The position numbers and the translations under genes were made by a program. From Flavobacteriales bacterium (GTDB lineage: Bacteria; Bacteroidota; Bacteroidia; Flavobacteriales; JANQLC01), in assembly GCA_028280815.1 (NCBI GenBank), contig JANQLC010000007.1:81574-145573 (forward strand): a DNA stretch of 64,000 nt, read 5' to 3'. The notes under the pieces are model-generated. The model was not told where the DNA came from. It made no database searches and was given only the letters and a program-made list of their open reading frames with translations. Positions 60,625 through 64,000 of this stretch are shown here, in pieces; positions within the stretch are counted from its first letter, which is position 1; every line of letters starts with the position of its first letter.

Positions 60625-61359
60625 ATGAGTTCATTTATCCCAGAGTATATGGACACCCTATTGCTCTTACTCATCGGAAACAGCGTGGTGGCCAATGTGG
60701 TATTGAAGGGCACCAAGGGAAATGGCAGCGGTTGGATGGTCATTACCACCGGTTGGGCGCTGGGTGTCTTCCTCGGTGTGGTCGTGGCTGGGCACTATAG
60801 CGGTGCCCATCTGAATCCAGCCGTAACGGTGGGTTTGGCCATCGCGGGCTCGTTTAAATGGCAATGGGTATGGCCATACATTTTGGCACAGATGCTCGGT
60901 GCGATGACCGGCGCCCTGCTCACCTGGATGGTGTACAAAGACCATTTTAATCAGACTCCAGACCGAGTTGTTAAACTCGGGGTTTTTGCCACCATACCCG
61001 CCATACGGAATGGGCTGTGCAATTTGCTCAGTGAGATCGTCGCGACCTTTGTGCTCGTCTTTGTCATCTTCTACCTGAGCAGTGGTGAGATCAAATCCCC
61101 GGATGCCCATACGCCCATCGGATTGGGTTCGGTAGGAGCTATTCCCGTCGGATTTTTGGTGTGGGCTATCGGCTTGGCGCTCGGGGGGACTACGGGTTAC
61201 GCCATCAACCCGGCACGCGATTTGGGACCTCGGATTTTTCATGCGCTCGCGCCTATCAAAGACAAGGGGAGCAGCGATTGGGGCTATGCCTGGATACCCG
61301 TTTTCGGCCCTTTGATCGGTGGGAGTCTGGCCGCGGGCTTATATCTAATTTTAAAATGA
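60625..61359 (+). CDS. glpF: MIP/aquaporin family glycerol uptake facilitator
   Basis: Two NPA boxes (HLNPAVT, INPARD). The start is moved to ATG 60625. Confidence 0.9.
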   Translation: MSSFIPEYMDTLLLLLIGNSVVANVVLKGTKGNGSGWMVITTGWALGVFLGVVVAGHYSGAHLNPAVTVGLAIAGSFKWQWVWPYILAQMLGAMTGALLTWMVYKDHFNQTPDRVVKLGVFATIPAIRNGLCNLLSEIVATFVLVFVIFYLSSGEIKSPDAHTPIGLGSVGAIPVGFLVWAIGLALGGTTGYAINPARDLGPRIFHALAPIKDKGSSDWGYAWIPVFGPLIGGSLAAGLYLILK

Positions 61360-61386
61360 TAAAAACCAACTGCAAAAGCTGAAGAG

Positions 61387-62115
61387 ATGAAAAATACTAC
61401 ATGGGTACGCCGACTGCTGATCCTCATCAGCGCCTTGGGTACAGCTACTGTCCTATCAGCACAGAGCGAAAAACAGCCGGTTGCGCTCGAGGTAAAACTG
61501 AAAAACCTGCATTCGTGGCGAGGGGTGGTAGGGTGCAATTCTCCTGTGACTACATTTGAATTGTCTTACCAAACCGCGGATGCTGCGCTCAAGGTGGGTT
61601 CTTGGAGCGCATTCAGCCTCAACGGTCGATGGAGAGGTATCACCTATTATGTGGAATATGCTCGATCGGGATTTAAGCTAAGGCTGACCGACGATCCGAG
61701 TTCCAATGATGTATTTGATACCCACACCGACCACCTCATCTATGCAGATATTTCCTATGCCTTGCCGAATGAGCGGTTTCCACTTAAAATGCTTTGGAGC
61801 TCCATGATTTCAGGCCGAGACACCTATGTGGATAAAAGCGGAAAGGGAAAAAACCGGTACTCCAGCTATGTGGAGCTGTCTATGCCCCTGTGGAAAGCGG
61901 AAGACCAATGCGTCACCTTCGGTGTAGGCGGCGCCTTTTCCCTTGCGGATAGCCGATCGAATTTTTACGGCGATCACGCCAATGCGACTCGGGTTTTCGT
62001 CGAGTATAAATCCGCGATTCAAGTTCTGAATCGGTGCATGCCGCTTTCCATCGAATCCCTTTGGAGCCCCGTGCATAACAATGGCGTCCTACAAGTCGCT
62101 TTTCAGTTGTTGTAA
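61387..62115 (+). CDS. putative outer-membrane beta-barrel protein of unknown function
   Basis: A signal peptide (ALGTATVLSAQS), alternating aromatic/hydrophilic strands and a C-terminal aromatic-rich end, directly after glpF. Confidence 0.55.
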   Translation: MKNTTWVRRLLILISALGTATVLSAQSEKQPVALEVKLKNLHSWRGVVGCNSPVTTFELSYQTADAALKVGSWSAFSLNGRWRGITYYVEYARSGFKLRLTDDPSSNDVFDTHTDHLIYADISYALPNERFPLKMLWSSMISGRDTYVDKSGKGKNRYSSYVELSMPLWKAEDQCVTFGVGGAFSLADSRSNFYGDHANATRVFVEYKSAIQVLNRCMPLSIESLWSPVHNNGVLQVAFQLL

Positions 62116-62188
62116 CCCTTAGCGGCTGTGCTGGATGGCTTTTGCCTACGTTAAAATTTTCTATTTTTGTCCCATCTATCGCCATCAG

Positions 62189-64000
62189 ATGTCGGGACAA
62201 AGCGCCGTCAACTACACCGAAGACCACATCCGATCCCTCGATTGGAAGGCGCACATCCGCATGCGGCCCGGCATGTATATCGGAAAACTGGGTGATGGGT
62301 CTTCCTTAGGTGATGGGATTTACGTCTTGCTCAAGGAGGTTTTAGACAACGCCGTCGACGAATTTGTGATGGGCAGTGGCAAGACCATCGAGATCAGCAT
62401 CCGGAATGAGGGGGTAGCCGTTCGCGATTATGGGCGGGGCATCCCATTGAGCAAGGTGGTCGACGTGGCTTCCAAGATGAATACGGGCGGGAAGTACGAC
62501 AGCCGCGCATTCAAAAAATCGGTCGGATTGAACGGCGTCGGCACCAAGGCCGTGAATGCGCTCTCCCGTCGTTTTGAGGTGCAATCCATCCGCGGCGGTC
62601 AAAGCGTAACCGCCGCATTTGAACGCGGTGAGTTGGAGCGGGTAGTGGAGACCGAGACCTCTTCGCGTACGGGTACGCGCGTGCGCTTCACCCCCGACGA
62701 AGCGATCTTTAAAAATTATCGCTTCCGCCCCGAATATGTGGCGTGCATGCTCAAGAATTACACCTACCTCAACCCCGGTTTAACCCTCGTCTACAACGGG
62801 CAAAAGTTTCGTTCTGAGGGCGGGTTGCGGGATTTGTTGCGGGACCACATCGACACGGATACAGCCTATCCCATCATACACTTGTCGGGCGGGGATATCG
62901 AAATCGCTTTGACGCACAGTCAGGCATCCTATGTGGAGGTTTACTTTTCATTTGTAAATGGACAGCAGACCCCGCAGGGGGGTACCCACCTAAACGCTTT
63001 TCGCGAAGCCCTTGCAAAGGCCATTCGCGAGTTTTTTGGAAAGCATTACGATGCAGCCGACATCCGGAAATCCATCGTTGCAGCCATCAGCCTAAAGGTG
63101 GTGGCACCCGTCTTCGAGTCCCAGACCAAGACCAAGCTGGGTTCCACCGACATGGGAGACGGCTTGCCCAGCATTCGAACTTTTGTCAACGACTTCGTCA
63201 AGAACCATTTGGACAACCACCTCCACAGGGAGCCCAAAACCGCGGCAGCCTTGCAAAAAAAGATTTTACAAGCCGAAAAAGAGCGCAATGAACTCGCCAG
63301 CATACGAAAGCAGGTCCGGGAGCGGGCGAAGCGGGTCAGTCTACACAACAAAAAATTGCGCGATTGCCGCCAGCATTACAACAACCCCAAAGTTAGTCGT
63401 AGCTTGGAGAGCAGCATTTTTATCACCGAAGGCGATTCGGCGAGTGGTTCCATCACCAAATCGCGGGATGTGGAGACACAAGCCGTTTTCAGTCTGCGCG
63501 GCAAACCCCTCAACGCTTATGGGCTCAGCAAGAAAATCGTCTATGAAAACGAAGAGTTCAATCTGCTTCAGTCAGCCCTGAACATCGAGGACGGTCTGGA
63601 TGGTTTGCGCTACAACAACGTGGTGATCGCTACCGATGCCGATGTCGATGGCATGCACATACGCTTGTTGCTGATCACTTTTTTCCTGCAATTCTTTCCC
63701 GAGCTCATTCGGGAGGGGCACCTGTACGTCTTGCAGACCCCGCTCTTTCGGGTTCGAAATAAAAAGGAGACGCATTACTGCTATTCGGAAGCAGAGCGGC
63801 AGCGAGCCCTCCAACGCCTGGGTGCCCACCCTGAGATCACCCGATTCAAAGGCCTGGGTGAGATTTCGCCCGATGAGTTCAAGCGCTTCATAGGGCACGA
63901 CATACGCTTAGAACCCGTCATGCTCAGCAAAGAGACGAAAGTAACGGGCTTGCTCAGCTTTTATATGGGTAAAAACACCCCTGAGCGACAGGCGTTCATC
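62189..64000 (+). CDS. parE: type IIA topoisomerase ATPase subunit, topoisomerase IV subunit B type (3' end outside window)
   Basis: Absent from the ORF track because it runs off the window. Translated by hand from ATG 62189: [42 protein letters not shown]-box [23 protein letters not shown], and [16 protein letters not shown] at about 63422. Confidence 0.9.
   Translation, partial: MSGQSAVNYTEDHIRSLDWKAHIRMRPGMYIGKLGDGSSLGDGIYVLLKEVLDNAVDEFVMGSGKTIEISIRNEGVAVRDYGRGIPLSKVVDVASKMNTGGKYDSRAFKKSVGLNGVGTKAVNALSRRFEVQSIRGGQSVTAAFERGELERVVETETSSRTGTRVRFTPDEAIFKNYRFRPEYVACMLKNYTYLNPGLTLVYNGQKFRSEGGLRDLLRDHIDTDTAYPIIHLSGGDIEIALTHSQASYVEVYFSFVNGQQTPQGGTHLNAFREALAKAIREFFGKHYDAADIRKSIVAAISLKVVAPVFESQTKTKLGSTDMGDGLPSIRTFVNDFVKNHLDNHLHREPKTAAALQKKILQAEKERNELASIRKQVRERAKRVSLHNKKLRDCRQHYNNPKVSRSLESSIFITEGDSASGSITKSRDVETQAVFSLRGKPLNAYGLSKKIVYENEEFNLLQSALNIEDGLDGLRYNNVVIATDADVDGMHIRLLLITFFLQFFPELIREGHLYVLQTPLFRVRNKKETHYCYSEAERQRALQRLGAHPEITRFKGLGEISPDEFKRFIGHDIRLEPVMLSKETKVTGLLSFYMGKNTPERQAFI

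Overview
This looks like a chromosomal segment of a Bacteroidota-type bacterium. The evidence is a SusC/SusD pair, bamD-rpoZ-coaBC-recN synteny, TAnnTTTG -7 promoter boxes and DUF4294/DUF4153/TIGR02757-type genes. All protein calls come from reading the supplied translations and recalling family signatures; no search was run.

Most of the window is ordinary housekeeping:
- an HD hydrolase (partial), bamD, rpoZ, coaBC, recN, fabI, pyrG and yidC
- a tolC-adaptor-RND efflux operon
- prfB, lpdA, a menF plus hotdog thioesterase pair, comM/yifB, an M42 peptidase and dnaX
- rpsF-rpsR-rplI, sucC, a lolD-like gene, rpmH and uvrA
- a SusC/SusD pair, glpD-glpK-glpF and parE (partial)
- two tRNA-Ser genes (GCU and UGA)

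Four things are not ordinary:
1. A dispersed family of gene-free repeat arrays is strongly G+T-rich on the + strand. The arrays sit at about 1055-1800, 18335-20850, 34838-35645 and 38750-40275, with a mini-locus at 10900-10995. Together they cover about 5.5 kb, or 8-9% of the window. They share degenerate units (TTTTGCATTTG units, GTTTGAAAAG...CTTATTCTTTTG units, GGNTTGG simple repeats) and long segments conserved between loci. All have the same strand orientation. I cannot assign them to any known repeat or RNA class.
2. A compact, translationally coupled three-gene operon at 23233-24336 encodes a HEPN-like protein, an unknown 129-aa protein and a frameshifted SecB-like chaperone. Its layout matches toxin-antitoxin-chaperone (TAC) systems, but the toxin/antitoxin pair is unusual.
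3. At 48315-50699 a small Cys-containing secreted-type peptide and a decayed paralogue lie upstream of a membrane-anchored protein and an HTTM (SdpB / vitamin-K carboxylase-like) membrane protein.
4. Six reading-frame lesions all fall in accessory genes and none in about 45 kb of housekeeping CDS.

No CRISPR array, integrase, transposase or rRNA was seen.
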